From contig CAWDVR010000005.1 of the NCBI GenBank assembly GCA_963805975.1, positions 224,001 through 288,000 of the forward strand: a stretch of 64,000 nt of DNA. Direction: 5' to 3'. Below are positions 1 through 17,440 of the stretch, piece after piece. How positions within the stretch are numbered: the first letter of the stretch is position 1; every line of letters starts with the position of its first letter. A model generated the notes under the pieces. It ran no database searches. It saw only the letters and a program-made list of their open reading frames with translations, and was not told the origin of the DNA. Source of the DNA: an uncultured Acidobacteriota bacterium. GTDB taxonomy: Bacteria > Acidobacteriota > Thermoanaerobaculia > Multivoradales > SZUA-115. Position numbers and translations under genes: made by a program.

Positions 1-3508
<3,508 letters not shown>

Positions 3509-3671
3509 GACCTGCTCCGCGGTCGAGCTGCTGCGTTGCGGGTCCTCCCGGAAATCCTCGCGTACTCACATGTACGCTCCGGTTTCCGGGTCCCCCCGCG
3601 CCTTGCAGCCCGACCGCTCGCGACGGTCTCGACACTCAGCATCGAGTCGTTCACGTATCGCCCACCATCCG

Positions 3672-4731
3672 CTAGGCCACTTCCTCGCGGTTGATCGCCT
3701 CGGCCATGCCCACCAGCACCTTGCGCTGGCCGGTGAACGGGTTCCTGGCGTGGGCCACCATCATGTTGTCGAGCAGCAGCACGTCCCCCTGCTGCCAGGG
3801 GAAGGTGACGGTGGCGGCGCCGTAGGCCTCGCGCAGCGTCTCCATCACCTCGGGCTCGATCGGCGAGCCGTCGCCGTAGTAGGTGTTGTTGGGCAGCGCG
3901 TCCTCGCCGTAGCGCTCGAGCAGAGCGTTGCGGATCGGCTCGGGCAGCGTCGAGATGTGGAAGAAGGTCGCGTGGTTGAACCACAGCGCCTCGCCGGTCC
4001 GCGGGTGCCGGGCCACCGCCGGCCGCCGCGACCGGGTGCGCAGGTCGCCGCCCGGCAGCCACTCCGGCTCGAGGCCGGCGCCCCGGCAGTACTCCTCCAC
4101 CACTGCCGGGTCGTCGGTCTGGAAGACTTCCTTCCACGGCAGGCCCATGCCCTGGCGGTAGTTGCGCACGTAGGCGATGCCCCGCTCCTCGAAGCGCCGG
4201 CGCAGGTCCTCGGGGATCGCCGCCAGCACCTTGCGCACGTCGGCGATCGGCGTCTCGCCGCCGGTCTCGGCGGCGATGTGGCAGTAGAAGAAGATCTTGA
4301 GCGGCCAGGCGTACTGGTAGGAGTTCTCGTTGTGCAGGAAGATCGACTGGTCCGGCGGGTAGTCGGTCGAGGTGTAGATGTTGCCCACCACCTGGCTGCG
4401 CGGCGAGGAGCGCTCCTTGTACTCGAGCAGGTTGCCGGCCACCGCCGCGATCACCGCCTCGAAGCGGTCCGGCGTCTTGATGCCGAAGCCGCGGAACAGG
4501 ATGCCGCCGTCGCGCCGCAGCCGCTCCTCGATCCACTCGTGCTTGTCCTTCGCCCACTCCGCGAGGTCCACGCCCTCGACCGCCGGCTCGACCAGGAGCG
4601 GCACGCCGCCCTCGGCGAACAAGCGGCCGCTCGGTCACCAGCTCAGGTCGACACACCCACCGCCCGCCGCCGCCCGCCACGCAGATCTTCGAGACCGCGC
4701 CGCTTGGGTGCGGCCGCCGTTTCTATCGTCA

Positions 4732-4732
<1 letters not shown>
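3672..4732 (-). CDS. TauD/SyrP-family Fe(II)/2-oxoglutarate beta-hydroxylase acting on a carrier-bound amino acid
   Basis: ORF 3672..4622 has IFLHNENSY (HxE), WFNHATFFH and DNMMVAHAR. The likely true start is ATG 4732, overlapping the upstream TGA; it gives MTIETAAAPKRRGLEDLRGGRRRAV but needs apparent indels at about 4620-4645. Confidence 0.9.
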
Positions 4733-6549
<1,817 letters not shown>

Positions 6550-9500
6550 TGCTCCGCCGGGGCATCCGCTGCCAGGGCCGCCGCGGCGGGCTCCGCCGCA
6601 CCCAGCGCTACCGCGAGGGGCGCCTCGGCTCTCGGGGCGGTGAGCGCGTCGATCCAGTAGCGCTTGCGCTCGAAGGGGTAGGTGGGGAGCGGCACGCGCC
6701 GGCGGCGCTCGTGGCGGTGGTAGCCCTCCCAGTCGAGGTCCGCGCCGGCGAGCCACAGGCGGCCGGCGGCCTCGGCCAGGCGGCGGCCGTCCTCCCCCGG
6801 CTCTCTCGCGGCGCGCATCGAGGTGACGATCGCCGGCCCCTCGCTCCCCCGCGCCTGCTGGGAGAGGAGCTCCGAGAGCGTGCGCCCCGGCCCGACCTCC
6901 AGAAACACCGTCTCCGGCTCGGCGGCGAGCAGGGCCGCGCCGTCCGCGAAGCGCACCGGGGCGAGCATGTGGCGCACCCAGTAGCCGGGGTCGGTGGCCT
7001 CGTGGTCGGCGAGCAGGGCGCCGGTCAGGTTCGAGACCACCGGCAGGCTCGGGCGCCGGAGCGCGAAGCCTTCGATCAGCTCCCGGAGCGGCGTCGCGAG
7101 CGGCTCCATCGTGGGCGAGTGGAAGGCGTGCGAGGTGTGGAGGCGCCGGTGCTCGACGCCCTCGGCCGCGAGCTCGGAGAGCAGGCGCTCCACCTCCCCG
7201 GTGGGGCCGGAGACCGTGCAGGCGGCGGGCGCGTTGACCGCGGCGAGTGCCAGGCCGCCGCCGAGCCGCGCCCGTACCGAAGCCTCGGGGAGCGACACCG
7301 CGGCCATGGCGCCCGCCGGCCGGGCCTGCATCAGCCGCCCGCGCTCGGCCACCAGGGCCAGGGCGTCCGCGAGCGAGAAGACGCCGGCCAGGCAGGCGGC
7401 CACGTACTCGCCCAGCGAGTGGCCGAGGAGCGCCCGCGGCCTGACTCCCCATTCGATCCACACCTGCGCCAGCGCGTGCTCCACGGCGAAGAGCGCCGGC
7501 TGCGTGACCCTGGTCTCGGCGAGGAGGGCGCGCGCGTCCTCCTCGTCCTCGGCCGGCGGGTAGAGCACCCGCCGCAGGTCGAGGCCCAGCCGTGGCTCGA
7601 GCATCTCGGCCGCGCGGTCCAGCCAGTGCCGGAAGGTCGGCTCCTCCTCGTAGAGGCCGCGGCCCATCCCCACGTGCTGCGTGCCCTGGCCCGGCAGCAG
7701 GAAGGCCACCGGCCGCGCTCCGCCCGTGCGCTGGCGGCCGGCCAAGCGCTTGGGGTCCCTCGCCGCGAGCACCGCCAAGGCGTCCTCGCGGTCGCGCGCC
7801 ACCAGGAATCGGCGGTGCACGAAGGCGCGGCGGCCGGCCTGGAGGGTGAACGCCACGTCGGCGAGCGGCTGGTCCGGGTGCTCCGCCAGGTGGCGGTGCA
7901 GGCGTTCGGTGGCCTCTTCGAGCGCCGCGGCGCTCCGCGCCGAGAGCGGCAGGAGCTGCCAGGGCCGCGCCGGCCCCGAGGGCTCGCCAGCCGGCGCCTC
8001 TTCCAGCACCAGGTGGGCGTTGGTGCCGCCGATGCCGAACGAGGAGACCCCGGCCCGCCGCGGGCGCTCACCCCCGTCCGGCGAAGACGGCGCCGGCCAG
8101 GGGGCGAGCGCCGCCTGCACCGCGAAGCCGCCGAAGTCGATCGCCGGGTTGGGGCGCTCGAAGTGCAGGCTGGGCGGGAGCTGCCGGTGCGCGAGCGCCA
8201 GCACGGTCTTGATCAGGCCGGCGATGCCGGCCGCGTCGTCCAGGTGGCCGAGGTTGCTCTTGACCGACCCCAGCGCGCAGCGCCGGCCGCGGCGCAGGTG
8301 GGCGTCGCCGTAGGCCTGGTTGAGGGCCGCGAGCTCGATCGGGTCGCCGAGCGGCGTGCCCGTGCCGTGGCCCTCCACGTAGTCCACGGTCTCCGGCCCC
8401 ACCCCGGCGGCGGCGAGCGCCGCGGCGAGCACCGCCGCCTGCCCGGCGACGCTGGGGGCGGTGTAGCCCACCTTGGCGGCGCCGTCGTTGTTGATCGCCG
8501 AGCCGCGGATCACGGCGTGGACCGTGTCGCCGTCGGCGAGCGCGTCGGCCAGGCGCTTGAGCACCACGATGCCGACGCCGCTGCCGCCCACGGTGCCCCG
8601 GGCCGCCGCGTCGAAGGCGCGGCAGTGGCCGTCCGGCGAGGCGATGCCGCCCTCCTCGTAGAGGTAGCCGCCCACTTCCGCCACCGAGGCCGAGACGCCG
8701 CCGGCGAGCGCCATCTCGCACTCCCCGGCAAGGAGCGCCTGGCACGCGACGTGGACCGCCACCAGCGAGGTGGAGCACGCGGTCTGGACGTTGACGCTGG
8801 GCCCCCGCAGGTTGAGCTTGTAGGAGACGCGGGTGGGCAGGTAGTCCTTGTCGTTGCCGATCACCACCTGCATGCCGCCCAGGGGGGCCAGCAGCTCGGG
8901 CCGCGAGACCAGGGCCAGCAGATAGGTGCCGAGGCTCATCCCCCCGTAGACGCCCACCCGCCCGCCGTAGCGCGCCGGGTCGTAGCCGGCGCGCTCCAGC
9001 GCCTCCCACGCGGTCTCGAGGAAGAGGCGGTGCTGCGGGTCCATCAGCTCGGCCTCGCGCGGCGTGTAGCCGAAGAAGGCGGCGTCGAAGAGGTCGACGC
9101 CGGCGAGCGCGCCGCGCGACTTGACGTAGTTGGGCCGCTCCAGGATCGAGGGGTGGGTGCCGGCGGCCCGCAGCTCCTCGTCACCGAAGGTGCGGATCGA
9201 CTCGACGCCGGCCGCCACGTTGGCCCACAGCTCGTCGACGCTCGCCGCGCCGGGGAAGCGGCCGGCCATGCCGACGATGGCGATCTCGCGCCCGGCCGGC
9301 ACCGGCCGCACCTGGGGCGGGGCCTCGGCCGCGGGCGCGGCATCGGCCTCGGCGCCTGCCAGGTGCGCGGCGAGCGCCGCCACCGTGGGGAGCTGGAAGA
9401 GGTCGAGGATCGAGACCTCGCGCCCCAGGCTCTCGCCCAGGCGGGCCTTCACCTGGAAGAGCAGCAGCGAATGGCCGCCCAGGTCGAAGAAGTTGTCCTC

Positions 9501-9752
9501 GCGGCCCACCTCTGCGGTGCCCAGCACCTCGCGCCACACGGCGGCGACCCGGCGCTCGATCTCGCTCGCGCCCGCCGGTGTGGCCGCCGGGGAGGCTTCC
9601 TCTCGCGCCGCGTCGCGGGCGGCGGCCAAGCGGTGGAGGGCGCGGCGGTCCACCTTGCCGTGGGCGGTGACCGGCAGCTCGTCGAGCAAGACGAAGAGCG
9701 ACGGCACCATGTATTCCGGCAGGCGCTCGCGGAGGGCATCGCGCAGCTCGGC

Positions 9753-9909
9753 GCCCCTCACCCCAGCCCTCTCCCCGCTGCCGCGGGGCGAGGGGGCCGG
9801 AAGGGAGCCAGCCGCTGCAACACCAAGGGGCGAGGGGGCCGGAAGGGGCTTCGCAAGCTCTCTCTGGTCCCCTCTCCCCGCTGGCGGGGAGAGGGCTAGG
9901 GTGAGGGGC
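9753..9909. repeat. Palindromic element family A (REP/MITE-like), in frame within A10
   Basis: Terminal inverted repeats gcccctcaccc..gggtgaggggc, each end with a ccctctccccgc-N-gcggggagaggg-type hairpin; translates PLTLALSP...GERAGVRG. Confidence 0.85.
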
Positions 9910-12900
9910 GCCTGCGCCACCACATACGCCACCAGCCCTTGCCTGCCGGGCAGGTCGTCGCGCAGCAGCACCGCCGCTTCCGCCACTTCCGGCAGCGAGC
10001 GCAGCGCCGCCTCCACCTCGCCCAGCTCGACCCGGAAGCCGCGCACCTTGACCTGGTGGTCGAGGCGCCCCAGGAACTCGACGTTGCCGTCGGCCCGCAG
10101 GCGGGCGCGGTCGCCGGTCGCGTAGAGCCGGGAGCCGGGCGGGCCGAACGGGTCGGGCAGGAAGCGCCCGGCGGTGAGCCCCGGCCGGCGGAGGTAGCCG
10201 CGGGCCACGCCGACCCCGCCGATCGCCAGCTCGCCGATGAGCCCCGCCGGCAGCGGCCGGAGATGCGGCCCCAGGACCAGCACTCGGTGGCCGGCCACCG
10301 GCCGGCCGATCGGCAGGTCCAGGTCGCGCTCCCTTCCGAGGTCGAGGGCAGGCGGCAGGCGGTGGAGGGTCGAGGTGACGCTGGTTTCGGTGAGGCCGAA
10401 CACGTAGACGAGCGGGACGCCGAAGCCGCGCCAGGCCGTGAGCCGCCGCGGGCTCGGCTTCTCGCAGCCCAGGAGCAGGAGGCGCAGCGCCGCCGGCGGC
10501 CGCCGGCCGGCACGCGCGAGGCCGTCTACCCACTCCTCCCAGAAGGCCGCCGGCAGCTCGACCACGGTCACCGCCAGCTCGGCGAGCAGGCGGTCGAGGT
10601 CCGCCACCAGGAGCGCCGGGTCGCCCTCGTGGACCGCGACGGTGGCGCCGGCGAGGAGCGCCGGGAACACTTCCTCGATCACGACGTCGAAGCCGATCGA
10701 GGCGAACTGCAGCACGCGGTCGCCCGGCACGAGGCCGAAGCGCCGCACCATCTCCCGGCTGTAGGCCACGGTGGCGCGGTCCTCGACCATCACGCCCTTG
10801 GGGCGGCCGGTCGAGCCCGAGGTGTAGATCACGTAGGCCAGCGAGGTCGCCCCGCGCGGCACGGCCGCCAGCTCGGCCGTGCCCGGTCCAGCGGTGTCAG
10901 ATGCCTCGGTCGCGCCGAGGTCCAGCGCCCGCGCCCCGCCGGCCGTCGCCCGCTCCGGCCGGTCGGTCAGGAGCAGGGAGGCGCGCGAATCGGCGAGCAG
11001 GAAGGCCAGGCGCTCGGCCGGGTAGGCCGGGTCCACGGGCAGGAAGGCGCCGCCGGCGCGGAGCACGCCGAGCATCGCCGCCACCACCGCCGGCCCCCGC
11101 TCGGCGGAGACCGCCACCACCGACTCCGGCCCGGCGCCCTCGGCCCGGAGGCGCGCCGCGATGCGGCCGGCCCAGGCCTCGAGCCCGGCGTAGCTCCAGG
11201 CGGCGTGCTGCGAGGCCACGGCCACGGCGTCGGGGGCTACGGCAGCCTGGCGGGCGAACGCCTGGTAGAGGTCGTCTTCGGGCTCGCCCCCGAGATCCGG
11301 AGGATGCGGCTCGCCGCCCCACTCGGCGAGGAGCTGGTGGCGCTCGGCGCCGCCCAGCCAGGGGACCTCCGCCACCGTGCGCGCCGTGCCCGCGGAGAGC
11401 CCCGAGAGGGCCGCCGCCAGGTGGCGGAGCAGCCGCGCGACCGTGCTGCGGTCGAAGCGCGCCAGCTGGTACTCGGCCGAGACGTGGACCGGCGCCCCGG
11501 CGCGCGCCGGCACCACGCCCAGGGTCAGAGGGTAGTGGGTCTGGGCCTGCACCTCGCCCGCGCCCAGCTCGAAGCTCGCCGCCGCCCGGCTGCCGGCCGC
11601 CTCGTCCGCGCCGTAGCTCTCGTAGGCGAGGATGCTGTCGAAGAGCGGCTGGCCGCGCGGCACCTCGCTCATCGCCTGCACGCGCGGCAGCGGGCTGTGC
11701 TCGTAGCGGTGCATGCCGGCGCTCCGGGTAGCGACCCCGGCGAGCCAGGCCCCGACATCGGCCGCGGGCTCCACCGTGACGCGCAGCGGCAGGGTGTTGA
11801 GGAACACCCCCACCATGCCCTGCACCCCGGCGAGGTCGATGGCGCGGCCGGAGGTCACCACCCCGAACATCACCTGGTACTCGCCGCTGCCACGGGCGAG
11901 GACCAGCCCCCAGGCGGCCTGGAAGAGAGCGTTGAGAGTCAGCCTGTGGCGCGCCGCAGCGGCCCGCAGGCCGTCCGCCACCGGCACGTCGAGGGCGATC
12001 GAGAGGCGGTCGCCCCCGGCGTCGTCCGCCAGCGGCGCCGGGCGGTCGGTGCCGAGCGGCGTCGGCGCCGTGACCCCGGCGAGCGCGCTCTTCCAGTAGC
12101 CCTCGGCGGCGGCCAGGTCCTGCCCGGCGAGCCAGGCCACGTAGTCGCGGAAGGGCTGGGCCCGCGGCAGCGGCGGGGGTGGTGCGCCGGCGAGCAGCGG
12201 CTCGTAGAGGGCGAAGAGCTCGCCCAGCAGGATCGACTGCGACCAGCCGTCGAGCACCATGTGGTGGAAGGTCCACACCAGGCGGTGCCGGCCCTCGCCC
12301 AGGTCCACGGCCGTCCAGCGCATCAGCGGCGGCGTGCCGAGCTCGAAGCCCGCGCGGCGCTCGCGGGCGGCGAGCTCGGCGAGACGGGCACGTCGCTCGG
12401 CCGGCGGCACCTGACGCCAGTCCAGCCGCTCGAACGGCAGCCCGGCCCGCGGGTGGACGACTTGCAGCGGCTCGTCGAGGCCCTCCCAGTGGAAGCTCGT
12501 GCGCAGCACCGGGTGGCGCGCCACCAGCGCCGCCAGGGCCTCGGCGAAGGCGTCGAGGTCGAGGCCGCCGAGGTCGAGGCTCAACTGCTCCACGTAGACG
12601 CCCGAGCCCGGCGCCTGGAGGCAGTGGAAGAGCATGCCCTGCTGCACCGGGGTCAGCGGGTAGACGTCCTCCACCTCGGAGCCGGCCGCGGCCAGCAAGC
12701 GGTCGAGAGCGGATTGCTGGAGCGCGAGGAGCGGGAAGTCCGCGGGTGTCCGGGCGCGTGCGCCCGGCGCCAGGCAGTGGTCCACCAGCGCTTCGAGGCT
12801 CGCCCGGAAGCGCGCGGCCCAGCTCTCGACCGCCGCCGGGTCCAGCTCGCCCGGAGAGTAGACCCAGGCGGTCTCGAGGCCGCCGCCGGTGACCGCGGCC

Positions 12901-15532
12901 GTCACCTCCAACCGGTAGGGCCGCTTCTGCCGCGGGCTCGATGCCGGCCCCGGCGACTCCGGCGCCGGCATCAGGGCGCTCTCGGCGTCCAGGGCGCGGT
13001 CCAGCCGGCCGTGGTAGTTGAAGAGCACCTCCGCCGGCCCCAACGCGGTGACATCGAGCGCCGCGCTCTCGGGCGCGACCTCGGGTCGCAGGTGGCGCAG
13101 CAGGCCGAAGGCGAGGCCGCCGTCCGGCACGGCGCGGGCCTGCTCCTTCACCGCCTGGAGCACGGCCGCCGGCGTGGCGGCGCCTTCGAGGTCGAGCGCC
13201 ACCGGGTGGAGCACGGTGAACCAGCCCACCGTGCGGCCCACGTCGAGGCCGGGGAAGAGACCGAGCCGCCCGTGGCCTTCGCGGTCGAAGCGCAGGCGGC
13301 GCGAGCCGGTGGCCGCGGCCAGGGCCTCGGCGAGGGCCGCCAGCAGCAGCTCCTCGGGCCGGTTGCCGTGCGCGCGGTGGGCGGAGCGCAGCAGGGCCTC
13401 GGTGCGCGCCGCGTCGAGCGCCACCGTGACGGACGCCGTGTCGTTGCCGTTCTCCCCACTTCGGCGCGGCAGCCGGGCGAGCGGCACCGCCGCCATCCGC
13501 CGGAAGACCTCGCCCTGCGCGGCCACCGTGCCCGACGCCGCGTGCTCGGCCAGGCGCCGCGCCCAGGCCGCGAAGGAGGCGGCCGGGGCCGCCAGCCGCG
13601 GCTCCTCGCCACGCTCGAGCGCGGCGTAGGCCGTGGCCAGGTCGGCGAGCAGGAGGCGCCAGGAGACGCCGTCCACCACCAGATGATGGGCGATCCACAG
13701 CAGGCGGTCGCCGCGCCCGTGGCCGAGCCGGAACAGCGCGGTGCGGGTGAGCGGCCCGCGCGCCAGGTCGAGGGTGGTCTGGAGCTTCGCCGAGGCTTGC
13801 TCCACGGCGTGGCCCTGCGCGGCCAGTGCCAGGGCCGAGAGGTCGAGGGTGAGGAAGCTCGGCTCGGCGTTTCCAAAAGTCTGGCGCCAGCGTCCGTCCA
13901 CGCGCTCGAAGCGCAGGCCGAGGGCCTCGTGGTGCGCCACCACACGCACCAGCGCACGGGCCAGCGTGCCGGCCCGGAGCCCGCCTGGCGCGGCGAGCAG
14001 CACCGCCTGGTTGAAGTGGTGCGGGTCCGGCGGGTCCGCGTCCAGGAACCAGCGCTGGATGGGGGTGAGCGGCACTTCGTCACCTGCCGCGGGGCTGTCC
14101 TCCGCGGGCTCGGAGCCAGGCGAGACCCCGGCGCGCGCCGCTGCCGCTCCGCCCTTCGCCACCGCCGCCAGCTCCGCCACCGTCTGGTGCTCGAAGAGCT
14201 GCGCCGGCTCGAGCTTCAGGCCTTGCTCCGCCGCCTGCGTCACCACCTGGATGGTGAGGATCGAGTCCCCGCCCAGCTCGAAGAAGTTGTCGTCCACCCC
14301 CACCCGCTCGAGGCGCAGCACGCGCTGCCAGATCGCCGCCAGCTTGGCCTCGGCCGGCGTGCGCGGCGCGGTGAAGGCCGCTTCCAGCTCCGGCCGCGTG
14401 GCCTCCGGCGCCGGCAGGGCCTCGCGGTCCACCTTGTCGTGCGGGTTGAGCGGCAGCGCGGCGAGCGACACGAAGGCCGCCGGCACCATGTAGTCCGGCA
14501 GCCGGCGGCGCAGCAGCTCGCGGAGCTCCGCGGCGGAAGGCGCCTCGCCCTCTGTCGGTACGGTGTAGGCCACCAGCCGCTTGTGGCCGGGGGAGTCCTC
14601 GCGCGCCACCACCACCGCCTCGCGCACGCCGGGGTGGAGCAGGAGCTGGGCCTCGATCTCGCCGGTCTCGATGCGGAAGCCGCGGATCTTCACTTGGTGG
14701 TCGGTGCGGCCCAGGAAGTCGAGCTGGCCGTCGGTCGCGAAGCGCACGCGGTCGCCCGTGCGGTACATGCGGGCGCCGGGCTGCACGGCGAAGGGGTCGG
14801 GCAGGAAGCGCTCCGCCGTGAGGCCGGGCCGCGCGAGGTAGCCCCGCGCCACGCCGGCGCCGCCCAGGAACAGCTCGCCCGGCACGCCCACCGGCGCCGG
14901 CCGGCCTTGGGGGTCCAGTACGTAGAGCCGCTTGTTGAGGAGCGCACGGCCGATCGCCGGCTTGCCGTCGCCGGCCCGGCAGCGGGCGATCGCCGGCGAG
15001 ACCGTCACCTCGGTGGGGCCGTAGGCATTGAAGAAGCGCCGCCCCGGCTGCCACTCCGCGACCAGCTCGGCGGTGCAGGCCTCGCCCGCCACCAGGATGT
15101 CCGAGAGGTGCGGCAGCGGCCGGTGCGCGAGCGCCGCGAGCGCCGAGGGCGTCAACGTCAGGTGCTCGATGGCGAAGCCCTCGATGCGCGCCAGCAGGCC
15201 CGGCCCCGGCAGCAGGTCCTCGCGCGGCACCAGGTGCAGCGCCGCGCCGTGGCCGAGAGCGAAGACGATCTCGAAGATCGAGCTGTCGAAGTTGAGCGGC
15301 GAGAAGAGCAGCATGCGCTCGCCTTGCCGCACCGGGAAGAAGCGCCCGGCCGCGCCCACCAGATTGGCGAGGCCGCCATGCGCCAGGAGCACCCCCTTCG
15401 GCCGCCCGGTCGAGCCCGAGGTGAAGATGGCGTAGGCCAGGTGGTCCGGGTCGAGGCCGTCCGCGGGCGGCTCGTGGGTCCAGGGCGGCAGCTCGTCGAG
15501 CAGGCCGGCGCCCTCCGCCCGCCACGGCCCCT

Positions 15533-15578
15533 CCGGCCCCCTCGCCCCGCTTGCGGGGAGAGGGCCGGGGTGAGGGGT
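15533..15578. repeat. Palindromic element family A, single unit, in frame within A9
   Basis: ccctcgccccgcttgcggggagagggccggggtgagggg; translates PHPGPLPASGARG. Confidence 0.8.
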
Positions 15579-17440
15579 TCCTCGCGACAGCACCAGCGGC
15601 GAGCCCACCTCCTCGAGCATCGCCGCCAGGCGCTCTGCCGGGTAGCTGGGGTCGAGCGGCACGTAGGCGCCGCCGGCCTTCCAGATCGCGAGCAGGCCCA
15701 GCATCGCGCGGGCCGTGCGCTCGGTGGCGAGGCCCACGAAGCGCTCCGGCCCGACGCCGCGCCGCGCGAGCTCGTGCGCCAGGCCGTTGGCGAAGCCGTC
15801 GAGCCCGCCGTAGGTGAAGGTCTCCTCGTCGTCCACCACCGCCACCGCGTCCGGCGTGCGCGCGGCCTGGGCCGCGAACAGGCAGTGGAAGAAGGGCGGC
15901 TGCGGCACCTCGCCCGCCGAGTCGTTCCACTCGCCGCCGAGCTCCTGGCGCTCGGCCGGCGAGAGGAGCGGCAGGGCCGAGAGTCGCAGGCCGGAATCGC
16001 GCACCGCCGCCGCGAGCAGCGTCTCGAGCCCGGCCAGCCAGCGCTCGATGGTCGTGCGGTCGAAGAGCACCGAGCTGTGCTCGGCCTTCACCACCAGCCC
16101 GGCCGGGCCGTCCTCCACGAACAGGGCGAGGTCCACCTTGGAGGTGCCGTTGTCCACCGCCAGCCCTTCGAGCGCCAGGCCGGGGGCCAGCTCGGCCATC
16201 GCCGCGCGCTCGGCGCCGAGGCTGAAGGCCACCTGGAAGAGCGGGCTCCTCGACGCGGTGCGCTCCGGCGCCAGCTCGGCCACGAGCTTTTCGAGCGGCA
16301 TCTCCTGGCGTGCCAGGGCCTCGAGCGAGGTCTCGCGCGCCCGTTCGAGGAGGGTGGCGAAAGTGGGATCGCCCGAGAGGTCGAGCCGCAGCACCACCAG
16401 GTTCACCAGGCAGCCGATCAGGCCCTCGATCTCCGGCCGCGAGCGGTTGGCGACCGGCGAGCCCAGCGAAAGGTCCGTCTGGCCGGAGAGCCGCGATAGC
16501 TCCGCCGCGAAGGCGGCGAGCACGGTCATGAAGGTCGTGGCGCGCTTCTCGCGGCCCAGGGCCTCGACCGCGTCGCGCAGCGCCGGCGCGATCGTCCGCA
16601 CGGCGACCGCACCGTCGAACGTCTGCACCGAGGGCCGCGGCCGGTCGCCCGGCAGCTCGAGCGGCGCGCCGGCACCGGCGAGCGCCGGCCGCCAGAAGGC
16701 GAGCAGCTTGTCGAGCGTCTCCCCGGCGAGGCGATCGCGCTGCCAGGCGGCGAAGTCCCCGAACTGGATCGGCAGCTCGCGGAGGGAGAGCTCGGTGCCG
16801 GCCAGGCGGGCGCGGTAGAACGCCGAGAGCTCGGCGAGCAGCACGCCCATGGACCAGCCGTCCGCCGCCAGGTGGTGGAGCGTCAATAGGGCCTGGTGCT
16901 CGGCCGGCGCGAGGCGGAAGAGCAGGGCGCGCACCAGCGGCCCCCGGGCCGGGTCGAAGGGCAGGCGCGCCCCGCGGTCCACCAGGCGCCGCGCCTCGGT
17001 GCGGCGAACAGCCGGCGCGAGGGCCGAGAGGTCCACCGCCGGCATCGCCACCGCGAGCGCGGGGAGGATCTGCTGCGTGGGCCGCCCGTCCGTGATCGGG
17101 AAGACCGTGCGCAGCGCCTCGTGGCGGGCGACCACGCCGGCGAGGCCCGCGGCGAGCGCGGCGGCGTCGAGCGGACCGGAGAGGCCGAGCGCCACGGGCA
17201 CGTTGAACTGCGGGCTCTCCGGCGCCAGGTGGTGGAGGAACCACAGCCGCTCCTGGGTGAAGGAGAGGGGCGGCGGCCCGGCCGCGGCACGGCGCGGGAT
17301 CGCCGTCGCCGCCTCGCCGGCCGCCTTCGCCGGCTGGAGCTTGCGGATCAGCGCATCGAGCTTCTCGGGCGACAGGCCCGCCGTGCGCTTGGGCGCGGCG
17401 CCGCCGGGGGCCGGCGGGCGGCGGTCGTCGGCCGCCATGC

